From contig CBDFLJ010000002.1 in NCBI GenBank assembly GCA_965248835.1, positions 2,176,001 to 2,240,000 on the forward strand: a stretch of DNA of 64,000 nt. Direction: 5' to 3'. The notes beneath the pieces are model-generated. The model worked only from the letters and a program-made list of their open reading frames with translations. It did no database searches and was not told the DNA's origin. Positions 26,846 through 36,803 of this stretch are shown here, one piece after another. The position numbers were made by a program, and so were the translations under genes. Source of the DNA: Alphaproteobacteria bacterium. GTDB taxonomy: Bacteria > Pseudomonadota > Alphaproteobacteria > MPNO01. How positions within the stretch are numbered: position 1 is the stretch's first letter; each line of letters begins with the position of its first letter.

Positions 26846-28463
26846 ATGATTCAAACCAGACCGTTATTCCGGCTCACCGCGGAGGTCGCAACGCCGCAGG
26901 TCGCCCCGAACGGCCCGTACGGCGATCGCCGTTTCATCCCGGTAACCGGCGGCGCATTTGCCGGTGAACGGCTTTCCGGCCGGATCCTCCCCGGCGGCGC
27001 TGACTGCCAGCTGATCCGGCCGGACGGGATCGCCGAGCTCGACGTGCGCGTGACGCTGCAAGCCGAGGACGGCGCGACGCTTTATGCGTGCTCGCAGGGG
27101 CCGCACACCATGCGCGAGCTGCTGGCCAACAACGTCTTCCACGTGCCCGAATCGGCGATCCGCGTGGTCAGCCCCGATGTCGGCGGCGGGTTCGACATGA
27201 AGGCCGACCCCTATCCCGAGGACGCGCTGGTGCTGCGGGCTTCGAAACGCCTCGGCCGCCTGATCAAATGGGTGGCGACGCGGTCGGATGCGCTATTGGG
27301 CGACACCCATGCCCGCGACCAGCTGGTCTTCGCCGAGATGGCGCTGGACGCCGACGGCAAGATCCTCGGCGTGCGGGCGCGCTCCCATACGGGGCTGGAG
27401 GCGTATTTCAGCGCCGCAGTGACGGAGACCCTGATGTTCTCGCTGTCCTTCATCCCCAACGCCCATGACGTGCAGGCGATCGAGGTCACCAACAGCGCGG
27501 TGTTCACCCACACGCCGCCCAACTCGGTCTATCGCGGCGCCGGGCGACCCGAATCGATCTATCTCATCGAGCGGCTGATGGACCGCGCCGCCGCCGAAAT
27601 CGGCATCGACCCGGCCGAGCTGCGCCGCCGCAACCTGATCGCCCCGGCGGCTTTGCCCTATCACACCCCGACCCACAATGTTTACGATTCGGGCGATTTC
27701 GCCGACATGCTGGATAAGGGGCTCAAGCTCGCCGATTGGGACGGGTTCGAGGCCAGACGCGCCGCATCGGAAAAGAACGGCAAGCGCCGCGGCCGCGCGG
27801 TGATTTTCTATATCGAGCGCGGCGGCATCTTCAACGAGCGCATGGAGCTGCGCTGCGACCCGTCGGGCACGGTCACCATCGTCGCCGACAAGGCGATGCC
27901 GTTCGCCGCCATGGTGCACGGCTTCTACTTCCCCGGCGGCATCACCGACCAGTTCGGGCTCGGGCTCGAGGCGCGCGACAGCCATGCCGGCGATCCGTGC
28001 AACTTCCCCAATGGCAGCCATGTCTGCGAAATCAAGATCGATCCCGAGACCGGCAGCGCCACCATAGAGCGCTACTGCGTCATCGACGATGTCGGGCGCA
28101 TCACCAATCCGTTGATCTGCCACGGCCAGATCCATGGCGGCATCGCGCAAGGGGTGGGCCAGGCGATGATGGAGAACATGGTGTTCGACGATACCGGCCA
28201 GATGCTGTCCGGCTCCATCCTGGACTATTGCATGCCGCGCGCCGACGATTTCTGCGACATCGCCGCCGAACTCGAGGAGGTGCCCTGCGCCACCAATCCC
28301 TTGGGCGTCAAGGGAATCGGCGAGGCCGGCACCATCGGCGCGCCGCCGACCATCGTCAACGCCATCCTCGACGCGCTGCGCCCGCTCGGCATCGACCATA
28401 TCGACATGCCGGGCCACCCCCCAGCGCGTCTGGCAGGCAATTCGCGAGACGGGAGTGGGGTGA
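26846..28463 (+). pseudogene. Chimera: DUF3237 N-terminal part fused in frame to an internally deleted Mo-hydroxylase large subunit
   Basis: RRFIPVTGG..GERLSGRILPGGAD..LDVR (DUF3237) joins SQGPH..PDVGGGFDMK at about 27085; second deletion near 27885; +1 frameshift near 28412 (MPATPQRVWQAI continues to TGA at 28461-28463). Confidence 0.75.
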
Positions 28464-28549
28464 CATCGAATGAGCTACAGGCGGGGTTGCAAAGATGCCC
28501 CACGCGAAGCGGTCGGGTAGTCCGGTTGCAGCGCCGCCTACATGCTGGG

Positions 28550-28998
28550 CCCGGAACTGGCCTGGGGCGAGTACATCAGGCGGCGAGAGAACGTGATCTT
28601 GCTCGGCCCCTCCGGCGTCGGCAAAACCCACATCGCGCTTGCCTTCGGACTGGCCGCCTGCCAGACGGGCCTGAGCGTCCGCCTCACCACCGCTTCACAG
28701 CTGGTGCATGAACTGATGGGAGGCCCGCGACGGGAAGAGGCTGCTGCGGCCACAAGCGCAGATCGCCAAGGTCAGCCTCCCGTCGGATGGCTTACGCGGC
28801 GCCGCCAGCGCCACGGTCCGTCCTCATCGTCGACGAGCTCGGATACGTCCCGCTGTCGCAGACCGGAAGCGAACTGCTGTTCGAGATCTTCAGCCATCGC
28901 TACGGGCGCGGCGCCACCATCGTCACTTCCAACCTGCCGTCCCGGGAATGGACCTCCGTCTTCGCCAGCGAACGCCTCACCGGCGCGCTGCTCGACCG
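28550..28998 (+). mobile_element. istB: IS21-family IstB helper ATPase remnant (frameshifted)
   Basis: ENVILLGPSGVGKTHIA, LIVDELGYVP, IVTSNLP..EW, ALLDR spread over several frames. Confidence 0.85.
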
Positions 28999-29160
28999 GC
29001 CAGAGCTGGGTCAGCGCACGCAACGCTCCAAGATCGACCTGGGCGCAAATCCTGGTGGTGTCAGGATGACGATGACCCAGCACGTAGCCGATTTCGCCGA
29101 GTGAGGCCCCCTGGCGCACCATCTCGGCGCCGATCCGTGACGAAATGTAGCGCGGCATTG
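28996..29160 (-). pseudogene. Tyrosine recombinase C-terminal fragment (RIT-like)
   Basis: FRH (frameshift) EMVRQGASLGEIGYVLGHRHPDTTRICAQVDLGALR..WP; the catalytic Tyr position reads Cys. Confidence 0.7.
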
Positions 29161-29286
29161 CTGGCGAAAGGTGAGCGACATCGCCAATGCCCGCTGCTCA
29201 CCCCAAGCCGAGATAAGGCCGCGATAGACGCACACGGCGCCCGTCCTTAGAATTCCATCTCCGCGCGTGAGGGAGAGAATGGCCAT

Positions 29287-29360
29287 ATGGCCGAGGAATG
29301 CGTCCAGAGGAGTTTGGCGGTGATCCTGGCAGCTGATGTGGTCGGCCATGCGAGGACGGC
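29287..29360 (+). pseudogene. N-terminal stub of a class III adenylate/guanylate cyclase
   Basis: MAEECVQRSLAVILAADVVG resembles the common RRLAAILAADVVGYSR start; similarity ends after about 23 aa. Confidence 0.5.
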
Positions 29361-29498
29361 TTGCATGCGGCGCTGGGCTTCGACTGCTGATACCCGACGA
29401 ATGGAGACTCACTTCGGATCCGGTCTTCCGGCGCCGCACGGCAATATCCCCTTGCTGATCCCTCGAGTGTATCCCGACGCGATCGACTGAGGCGGAAC

Positions 29499-32400
29499 GT
29501 GTATTTCGAGCCCCGCCTGTGGCAGTTCACCAAGGGGGTGCGGCTGCGCATCGCCTGGTCGACGGCCATCGGCCTCGTTGCCGCCGTCTTCGGCATCGCG
29601 CGCCTCGCGCTGCTCGGCTGGCTGCTCGCCAAGGTGTTCCGGGGCGAACCGTTCGAGAGCCTCATCGCGCCATTCGCGTTGGTCGCGGCGGTTATGCTGG
29701 TGCGCGGGCTACTCGAGTACGCGCGCAACATGGCGGCCCACCGCACCGCGGCGCTGGTCCAGGTCAACATCCGCGAGCGCCTCTACGACAAGGTGATCGC
29801 GCTCGGCCCGGCGTATTTCGGTCGCCAGCGAACCGGCGAGGTGATCCTGTCGATCATCGACGGGGTCGAGCAGCTCGAGACCTATTTCGGCCGATTTTTG
29901 CCGCAGGTCCTGGTCGCGCTCCTGATGCCGCTGGGCATCTTCGCCTTCGTCGCAGTGCTCGATCTGCCGATTGCCACAGTGCTGCTCGGCTTCGCCCTGA
30001 TCTCCCTGTTCCTGCCGATGGCGGTCAACCGCTGGAACAAACGCGCCAGCCAGTCGAGAAAACGCACCTTCGGCGGTTTCGGAGCCGAGTTCGTCGATTC
30101 CGTCCAGGGGCTCGCGACCCTTAAGGCTTTCGGCCAGTCGAGCGCACGCGCGAGGCTGCTGGAAAGGAAGGCCGCGGAGCTGTTCAACAGCACCATGTGG
30201 GTCGTCTCCACGCACACCATCGCGCGCGGCATCACCGACACAGGCATTGCGGTGGGTGCGGCGACGACGCTTGGTATCGGCGCTTATCGCGTCGCCTCGG
30301 GCGCGATGAGCCTGGAGGCGCTTCTGGTGATCCTGATGATGGGGGTCGAGGTATTCCGGCCGCTTCGCGATCTGCGCACACTGCTGCACCAGGGCATGGT
30401 CGGCCAGGCCGCCGCGCAAGGCGTGTTCTCGATCCTCGATGCGACGCCCGCGATCCGCGATTCCGGCGCGGCCGCGGTCGCGATCGACGACGTGCCCGCG
30501 ACCGTCGAGTTCGACGGCGTGACGTTCGCCTATCCCGGCGGCCGGCAGCCCACCCATCGAGGGCTTAGCTTTCGGGTCGAAGCCGGCGAGCGGATCGGCA
30601 TCGTCGGGCCGAGCGGCGCCGGCAAGTCGTCCATCGTGCGGCTACTGCTGCGCACTTTCGATCCGCAACAGGGCTCTATCAGGATCGGGGGGCACGACAT
30701 CCGCGAACTCTCGTTCGATCAGATCCGCGGCCGTCTCGCAGTCGTCAACCAGGACACCTATCTGTTCTATGGCACCGTCGAGGACAATCTTCGCCTCGGC
30801 AAGCCCGCCGCGACCGAGGATGAGCTGCAGGAGGCTGCCCGCGCCGCCAACGCCCACGAGTTCATCGCCCGCTTGCCGCAAGGGTACCAGACCGTTATCG
30901 GCGAACGCGGGCTTCGCCTGTCCGGCGGCCAGCGCCAACGCATCGCCATCGCCCGGGCGTTGCTGCGCGATGCCCCGATCCTGGTGCTCGACGAGGCTTT
31001 GTCCTCGGTCGATGCCGAGAACGAGGCGGTTATCCAACAAGCGCTCGACCGTTTGATGTCCGGCCGCACAACGCTGATCTTCGCCCATCGTTTGTCGAGC
31101 GTCGCCGACGCGGACAGGCTCTTGGCGCTCGACGACGGCCGCGTCGTGGAGGACGGCACCCACGAGGAGTTGATGGCCCGCCGCGGCGCTTATTATCGCC
31201 TCATGGCGGCCCAGTCGGACGAAGCCGCCGGGGCCGATCAATCGCTCGAACGCGAATTCGACATACGCGGAGAGCCGGGCAAGGACGTGCGGCTCCGCAT
31301 CGACGACGCGGCGCAGACCGAACCGACCGATTCTATTCTCCGCGCCGAGGGCATGGGGTGGCGGCGTGCGACGCTCGAGCTCCTGAGACTCGTGGCAACG
31401 CGCCGGTCGCAGCTTTGGCTGACGTTCGTGCTCGGTGTGCTGCGGGTCTTGGCGATGATCGGCATTGGCGTGTTTAGCGGCCTGACCGTCGCCGCGGTCA
31501 AAATTGGCGCGCCATTCGAGAGCTGGCTGATTGCGCTTGCGGTCGTAGCCCCGATGGCCGGTGTTCTCCACTGGCTCGAATCCTGGGTCGCTCACGACAT
31601 GGCATACAGGCTACTGGCGGAGATGCGCATCGCGCTGTTCAAGAAACTCGATCAGCTGGCCCCTGCCTATCTGCTACGGCGGCGCACCGGCGATCTGGCC
31701 GGCATGGCGACCCACGATGTGGAAACGGTCGAATACTTCTTTGCCCACACCGTGGCGCCGGCGTTCGTCTCGGTCGTGGTGCCGGCAGCGATCGTCGCCG
31801 TGCTGTCCGTGTTCGGCTGGCAGATGGCCGTTGCGCTGATCCCGTTCCTCGGCGGGGTTGCGCTCAGTCCGTTCCTGATGCGGCGCCGGATCGACGTCCT
31901 CGGGTCGCGCGCGCGCGAAGCGCTCGGCCGCCTCAACGCGCACGCGCTAGATACCATCCAAGGGATCACCGAGATCGCCGCGCTACAGCAGGGCGCTCGT
32001 CGCGGGCGCGAGTTCCTCGCCGATGTGCGTGAGCATCACCGGCTCCGCCTGCCGTTCTTCCGGGACCTCACGATCCAGATGGCATTGCTCGAGGTCGCGA
32101 CCGGGCTCGGTGGGTTGGTCGTCGTGATCGTTGGTGCACGGCTGGTCACCGCGGGCGCGCTCGATGGCGGACTCCTGCCGCTGCTCACCCTGCTCGCCAT
32201 GTCGGCGTTCCTGCCGGTATCGGAGATTGCCAATATCGGCCGTCAGCTCGCTGACACCCTCGGCGCGGCGCGACGAATCCACGCGGTGCACAGCGAGGCC
32301 GTGCCGGTCACCGACGGGCCGGGCGTGGCGCCGGACGCCGGGATTTCGGACGTCGCCCTAGAGATGAAGAACGTCGACTTCTCGTATTTCGGCGCCAATC

Positions 32401-33101
32401 GCGACGCTCTCCGGGCGGTGTCGTTCACGGCGGTACGCGGCTCGACAGTCGCAATCGTCGGTCCCTCGGGCGCCGGCAAGTCGACCATTGCACACTTGTT
32501 GATGCGGTTCTGGGACCCGAAGCACGGCGTCGTTCGCATGGACGGCCACGATCTCCGGGACTACAGGCTCGACGACCTGCGCCGGCACATTGCGCTGGTC
32601 GCGCAAGACACGTTTCTGTTCAACGACACGCTCCGCTCCAACGTCTTGATCGCCCAGCCCGAGGCAAGCGAGACGGATATCCGCCTTGCCGTTGAGCGAG
32701 CGGCGCTCGGAGATTTCGTGGCCGAGCTTCCCGACGGGCTCGACACCCAGGTGGGCGAGCGCGGCATGCAGCTTTCAGGCGGCCAGCGCCAGCGTGTCGC
32801 GATCGCGCGCGCGTTCCTCAAGGACGCCCCGGTGCTGATCCTGGACGAGGCGACGTCGCATCTCGACGCGGTGAGCGAACGGGCGGTACGAAGCGCGCTC
32901 GACGATCTGATGCGGGAACGGACGACGATCGTGATCGCGCACCGCCTATCGACCATCAGTGATGCCGACCGGATCGTCGTCCTCGATGACGGCAAGGTGG
33001 TCGAGACTGGCAACCATTCCATGCTGCGGGCGCGCGGCGGGCTGTACGCTCATCTGGTTTCGCGTCAACTCGCCGGCAGCTACCGCAACGCCGCCGAGTG
33101 A
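29499..33101 (+). CDS. Fused TMD-NBD-TMD-NBD ABC transporter, CydD/CydC (IrtAB/YbtPQ)-like
   Basis: Two GPSGAGKS, two LSGGQRQR, two LDEA, two AHRL; FRPLRDL in half 1 and AHDMAYRLLAEMR in half 2. Confidence 0.88.
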   Translation: MYFEPRLWQFTKGVRLRIAWSTAIGLVAAVFGIARLALLGWLLAKVFRGEPFESLIAPFALVAAVMLVRGLLEYARNMAAHRTAALVQVNIRERLYDKVIALGPAYFGRQRTGEVILSIIDGVEQLETYFGRFLPQVLVALLMPLGIFAFVAVLDLPIATVLLGFALISLFLPMAVNRWNKRASQSRKRTFGGFGAEFVDSVQGLATLKAFGQSSARARLLERKAAELFNSTMWVVSTHTIARGITDTGIAVGAATTLGIGAYRVASGAMSLEALLVILMMGVEVFRPLRDLRTLLHQGMVGQAAAQGVFSILDATPAIRDSGAAAVAIDDVPATVEFDGVTFAYPGGRQPTHRGLSFRVEAGERIGIVGPSGAGKSSIVRLLLRTFDPQQGSIRIGGHDIRELSFDQIRGRLAVVNQDTYLFYGTVEDNLRLGKPAATEDELQEAARAANAHEFIARLPQGYQTVIGERGLRLSGGQRQRIAIARALLRDAPILVLDEALSSVDAENEAVIQQALDRLMSGRTTLIFAHRLSSVADADRLLALDDGRVVEDGTHEELMARRGAYYRLMAAQSDEAAGADQSLEREFDIRGEPGKDVRLRIDDAAQTEPTDSILRAEGMGWRRATLELLRLVATRRSQLWLTFVLGVLRVLAMIGIGVFSGLTVAAVKIGAPFESWLIALAVVAPMAGVLHWLESWVAHDMAYRLLAEMRIALFKKLDQLAPAYLLRRRTGDLAGMATHDVETVEYFFAHTVAPAFVSVVVPAAIVAVLSVFGWQMAVALIPFLGGVALSPFLMRRRIDVLGSRAREALGRLNAHALDTIQGITEIAALQQGARRGREFLADVREHHRLRLPFFRDLTIQMALLEVATGLGGLVVVIVGARLVTAGALDGGLLPLLTLLAMSAFLPVSEIANIGRQLADTLGAARRIHAVHSEAVPVTDGPGVAPDAGISDVALEMKNVDFSYFGANRDALRAVSFTAVRGSTVAIVGPSGAGKSTIAHLLMRFWDPKHGVVRMDGHDLRDYRLDDLRRHIALVAQDTFLFNDTLRSNVLIAQPEASETDIRLAVERAALGDFVAELPDGLDTQVGERGMQLSGGQRQRVAIARAFLKDAPVLILDEATSHLDAVSERAVRSALDDLMRERTTIVIAHRLSTISDADRIVVLDDGKVVETGNHSMLRARGGLYAHLVSRQLAGSYRNAAE

Positions 33102-33198
33102 CGGTACGGCTCAAGCGGACGATATGGCGGGTCGGTCAGGCTTTTGAGCATGGCTACGGTGACGCGGGCGGACATGAGAGACGCGGCACGAAGAGAAC

Positions 33199-33308
33199 GA
33201 GCTATCGCCGAAAGTTGGTAATGGCTTGATCAGGCGGCGGTTTTGATTGGCTTGATGCCGTCCTCGAACCTCACTCCCTGGATGACCTGGGCGACAAGGT
33301 TTTGAGGA
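33199..33308 (-). mobile_element. IS256-family right-end remnant
   Basis: Minus strand QNLVAQVIQGVRFEDGIKPIKTAA-stop followed by terminal ACCAACTTTCGGCGATAGCTC. Confidence 0.55.
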
Positions 33309-33331
33309 ACGACAGGTGCCGCCCGGCACTC

Positions 33332-34567
33332 CTACTGGTATGTCCGGACGTCGTCGATGACCTTGCCGTCATTGGCGAGCGCGCCCGGGGCCTCGAATGC
33401 GACCTCCCCGCGCAGGCCGCAGATTTCCCGGATCGTGGCGGTGATGGCGTTCGAAAGCGCCTCGTCGCGGCTTGCGGCCTCGCAGCGAAGGGTCATGACG
33501 TCCCGGTTGTTCTCGCTGCCGACCACGAGCCGGGCCTTGAGGATTTCCGAATGCCGCGCGGCGATGGCCGCAATTTGCTCGGGCGTCACGAACATGCCGC
33601 GGACCTTTGTCCGCTGATCGGCGCGGCCCATCCAGCCCCCGATCCGTAGGTTGCTCCGCCCGCAGGGGCTCGCGCCCGGCAGGATCGCGGACAGATCGCC
33701 GGTGCCGAAGCGGACCAACGGGTAGACCGAGTTGAACGAGGTCACCACGACCTCGCCGACCTCGCCGTCGGCGACCGGTTGGCCGGTGCCAGGCCGGACG
33801 ATCTCGACCAGCAGGCCCTCGTCGACGATCATCCCTTCCAAGGCTTCGGACTCATAGGCGATCAGACCCAGATCGGCCGAGGCGTAGCACTGCAAAGCCC
33901 TGACCCCAAGGGCGGCGATCTCCTCGCGGAGGCTCGGTGGCAGCGCCTCCGCCGAGACCAGCGCCTTGGTGAGGCTGGACATATCGGCGCCGGCCTCGCG
34001 GCCCTTCTCGAGCAGGATTTTCAGGAAGGACGGGGTGCCGACATAGCCGACCGGGCGCAGATCGGCGATGACCCGGACCTGCTGGTCGGTCTGCCCGCCG
34101 CCCGCCGGGATGACGGCGCAGCCAAGCGCGTGCGCACCTGATTCCATGATCGAGCCGGCCGGGCTCAGATGGTAGGTGAAGGTGTTGTGGACGACCTCGC
34201 CGGCGCGGAAACCGGCGGCGAAGAACGCGCGCGCGGTCCGCCACGGGTCGGGGGAGCGGCCCTCGGGGTCATAGATCGGACCGGGCGAGGTGAAGATCCG
34301 GGCAAGCGCGCCGGGCGCGACGCATGTCAAGCCACCGAACGGGGGTGACGCGGCCTGGAGTCCGGTCAGTTCGGACTTGTGGGTGACGGGGAGCCGCGCC
34401 AGCGCCGCCCGGTCGGTAACGGAATCGGCGTCCACGCCGTCGAGGATGGCGGCGAGCCCCGGAGCGTTCGCCTTTGCATTGGCAAGCAGCGCGGGCAGGG
34501 CGTCGAGCAGCGCGCGCTCACGCAGCTCCGGGTCGCGGGTCTCAAGGTCGTCGTAGTAGCCCGTCAT
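33332..34567 (-). CDS. Phenylacetate-CoA ligase-family protein
   Basis: YYDDLETRD, FTSPGPIYDPE, GTPSFL, YASADLG, RFGTGDLS, GRADQ.TKVRGMFV. Confidence 0.88.
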   Translation of the reverse strand: MTGYYDDLETRDPELRERALLDALPALLANAKANAPGLAAILDGVDADSVTDRAALARLPVTHKSELTGLQAASPPFGGLTCVAPGALARIFTSPGPIYDPEGRSPDPWRTARAFFAAGFRAGEVVHNTFTYHLSPAGSIMESGAHALGCAVIPAGGGQTDQQVRVIADLRPVGYVGTPSFLKILLEKGREAGADMSSLTKALVSAEALPPSLREEIAALGVRALQCYASADLGLIAYESEALEGMIVDEGLLVEIVRPGTGQPVADGEVGEVVVTSFNSVYPLVRFGTGDLSAILPGASPCGRSNLRIGGWMGRADQRTKVRGMFVTPEQIAAIAARHSEILKARLVVGSENNRDVMTLRCEAASRDEALSNAITATIREICGLRGEVAFEAPGALANDGKVIDDVRTYQ

Positions 34568-34573
34568 CGCCCG

Positions 34574-35410
34574 CTACAGCCACCGCTTGCGCCGCTTGTA
34601 AGACTTGATGTTCCTGAAGACGCGCCGGGCCTCGCCGCCTTGGCCGAGATAGAACTCCTTGATGTCCTCGTTGTCAACGAGCGCGGCGGCGCTGCCGTCC
34701 AGGACGATCTTGCCCTGCTCCATGACATAGCCGAAGGAGGCGGCCCGGAGCGCCATCCGGGCGTTCTGCTCGACCAGGAGGATGGTGATCCCGAGCTCGC
34801 TGTTGAGCCGCTGGATGATGCCGAACACCTCGCGGACCAGCATCGGCGAGAGGCCCATCGAGGGCTCGTCCATCAGCACCAGCTTGGGGCGGGCCATCAA
34901 CGCGCGTCCGATTGCCAGCATCTGCTGTTCGCCGCCGGACAGATAGCCGGCGAGCCCGGCGCGGTCGCGCAGCCGCGGGAAATAGTGGAACACCATCTCG
35001 ATGTCCTGCTTGACCTCGCGGTCGCGCCTGGTATGGGCGCCCAGCCGCAAATTCTCGATCACCGACATATCGGCGATGATTCGGCGGCCCTCCATGACCT
35101 GGAAGATGCCGCGGCGGACGATGTCGTCCGGGTCGCGCCCCCGCAGGCGCTCGCCCATGAAGGTGATCTCGCCCGAGGTGATCTCCCCGTCCTCGGATTT
35201 AAGCAGGCCGGAGATCGATTTCAGCGTGGTCGACTTGCCGGCGCCGTTGGCGCCGAGAAGGGCGACGATTTCGCCATCCGCGACCTCCAGCGACAAGCCG
35301 TGGAGGACGAGAATGACGTCGGAATAGACGACCTCAATATTCTCGATCGCGAGGATGGTCTCGCCGCGGACGGGACCGGTTTCGAGGCCTCCGGCGGGGG
35401 CGTCCATCAC
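34574..35410 (-). CDS. Liv-type ABC ATP-binding protein (LivF-like)
   Basis: GANGAGKST, LSGGEQQMLAIGRAL, DEPSMGL, KSYKRRKRWL tail. Confidence 0.92.
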   Translation of the reverse strand: MMDAPAGGLETGPVRGETILAIENIEVVYSDVILVLHGLSLEVADGEIVALLGANGAGKSTTLKSISGLLKSEDGEITSGEITFMGERLRGRDPDDIVRRGIFQVMEGRRIIADMSVIENLRLGAHTRRDREVKQDIEMVFHYFPRLRDRAGLAGYLSGGEQQMLAIGRALMARPKLVLMDEPSMGLSPMLVREVFGIIQRLNSELGITILLVEQNARMALRAASFGYVMEQGKIVLDGSAAALVDNEDIKEFYLGQGGEARRVFRNIKSYKRRKRWL

Positions 35411-35427
35411 TCAGGCACGCAAGTGGT

Positions 35428-35467
35428 ACCGCCGGCCGCGCGGCGCGGGGCCCGCGCGGCCGGCGGT
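35428..35467 (-). terminator. Perfect 16-bp GC stem-loop downstream of the SBP gene
   Basis: ACCGCCGGCCGCGCGG (35428-35443) is the exact reverse complement of 35452-35467. Confidence 0.65.
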
Positions 35468-35472
35468 CGGGT

Positions 35473-36708
35473 TTACCAGCCGAGCCACTCGGGCTTCCGC
35501 GGGATATTGGCCGCGAACAGCTTGGTCATCGACCAGTCCGAGACGCTCTTCACGTCGCCGCGATAGACGAACGCCTGAGTAAAGCCGCGGTGGTCCTCGG
35601 GTGTCCAGTTGCCCGGCGGGCAGACACCCTCGAGCCCCTTGGGCACCCAGTTCTTCTTGGCGTACATGCCCTTCTTGATGTTGGCGCCGGTGATGCCGCC
35701 ATTGGCGTCGGCCCATTCGAGCGCTTCCTTCATGAAGTAGACCGAGCAGACACCGCGCAGGTAGTGGACGGCGCGGTACTTGGCGCCGGCGGGATCCGAC
35801 ATACCGGAGACCGCCTTGGCGAGCTTCATCCCCGGGACGTCGTCGCCCCATTTCGCAGCGCCCATCACCCAGACGACGCCGTTCGACGCGTCGCCGGCGG
35901 CCTTCATGACGTTCTCGTCATAGCCCCAGATATTGCTCATGAACTGGGTGCCGACCCCGACGGTCGTGCACGATTTGAGCAGTGAGATGTTGGAGCCCGA
36001 CGTGTTGGCGAGAAATGCGTAGTTGGCGCCGGAGTTCTTGAGGCTGAGGCACTGGGCCTTGAAGTCGCCCGGCGCCAGCGAATACTGGATCGACGGCAGC
36101 ACCTCGAAGCCGAGCTCCTTGGCATAGGCCTCGCCCGCCGCCTTGGGCGCGTTGGGGTAGGGGTGGTTGTCGCCCATATGGACGTATTTGGGCGCCCCCG
36201 ACTCGCCCTTCTTCTTCCAGTCTGCCGCCGCCCATTGGATCAAGGCCCGGGCGCCGTCGGAATAGGAAGGGCCCATCGGGAAGTTGTAGGGCGCGGCCTT
36301 CTTGGTCTTCGGCCCCTTGCCGGTCGGGTCGGTCAGATGCGCCGAATAGGAGGCCGAGAAATAGGGCACCTGGTCGCGGGCGACGAAGCTTACCAGCGCC
36401 TCGGTGTCACCGGTCCCCCAGCCCTGCACGGCGACCACCTTGCTCTGCGATTTCCACTTTTTGTAGGCGGCGATCGCGCGCGGCACGACATAGGAATAAT
36501 CGACCGTCAGCAGGTCGATCTTCTTGCCGTTGATGCCACCTTGCTTGTTGATGTAGCCGACTGCGTCGATCTTCGCTTGGCCGTACTCCTTGCCGACGAC
36601 CGCAGTGCGCCCGGTGAAGTCGATCAGATTGCCGATCGGGATCGATTGCGCCGCCGCGCCAGCGGCGGCGAGCATCGTCCCGGCGAGCGGCCAGATAAAC
36701 CTGTGCAT
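35473..36708 (-). CDS. Liv-type ABC substrate-binding protein
   Basis: Signal peptide, GGINGKKI, GWGTGDTEAL; GGAGG RBS. Confidence 0.9.
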   Translation of the reverse strand: MHRFIWPLAGTMLAAAGAAAQSIPIGNLIDFTGRTAVVGKEYGQAKIDAVGYINKQGGINGKKIDLLTVDYSYVVPRAIAAYKKWKSQSKVVAVQGWGTGDTEALVSFVARDQVPYFSASYSAHLTDPTGKGPKTKKAAPYNFPMGPSYSDGARALIQWAAADWKKKGESGAPKYVHMGDNHPYPNAPKAAGEAYAKELGFEVLPSIQYSLAPGDFKAQCLSLKNSGANYAFLANTSGSNISLLKSCTTVGVGTQFMSNIWGYDENVMKAAGDASNGVVWVMGAAKWGDDVPGMKLAKAVSGMSDPAGAKYRAVHYLRGVCSVYFMKEALEWADANGGITGANIKKGMYAKKNWVPKGLEGVCPPGNWTPEDHRGFTQAFVYRGDVKSVSDWSMTKLFAANIPRKPEWLGW

Positions 36709-36803
36709 TGCTTTTCCTCCTGCGTGGGGTGCCCCAATATGGGTCTCGTGTGAGGACGTGTGTCGTGTTCGAACCTTCATCCTGTCATTCCCCGGTTCTC
36801 ATG

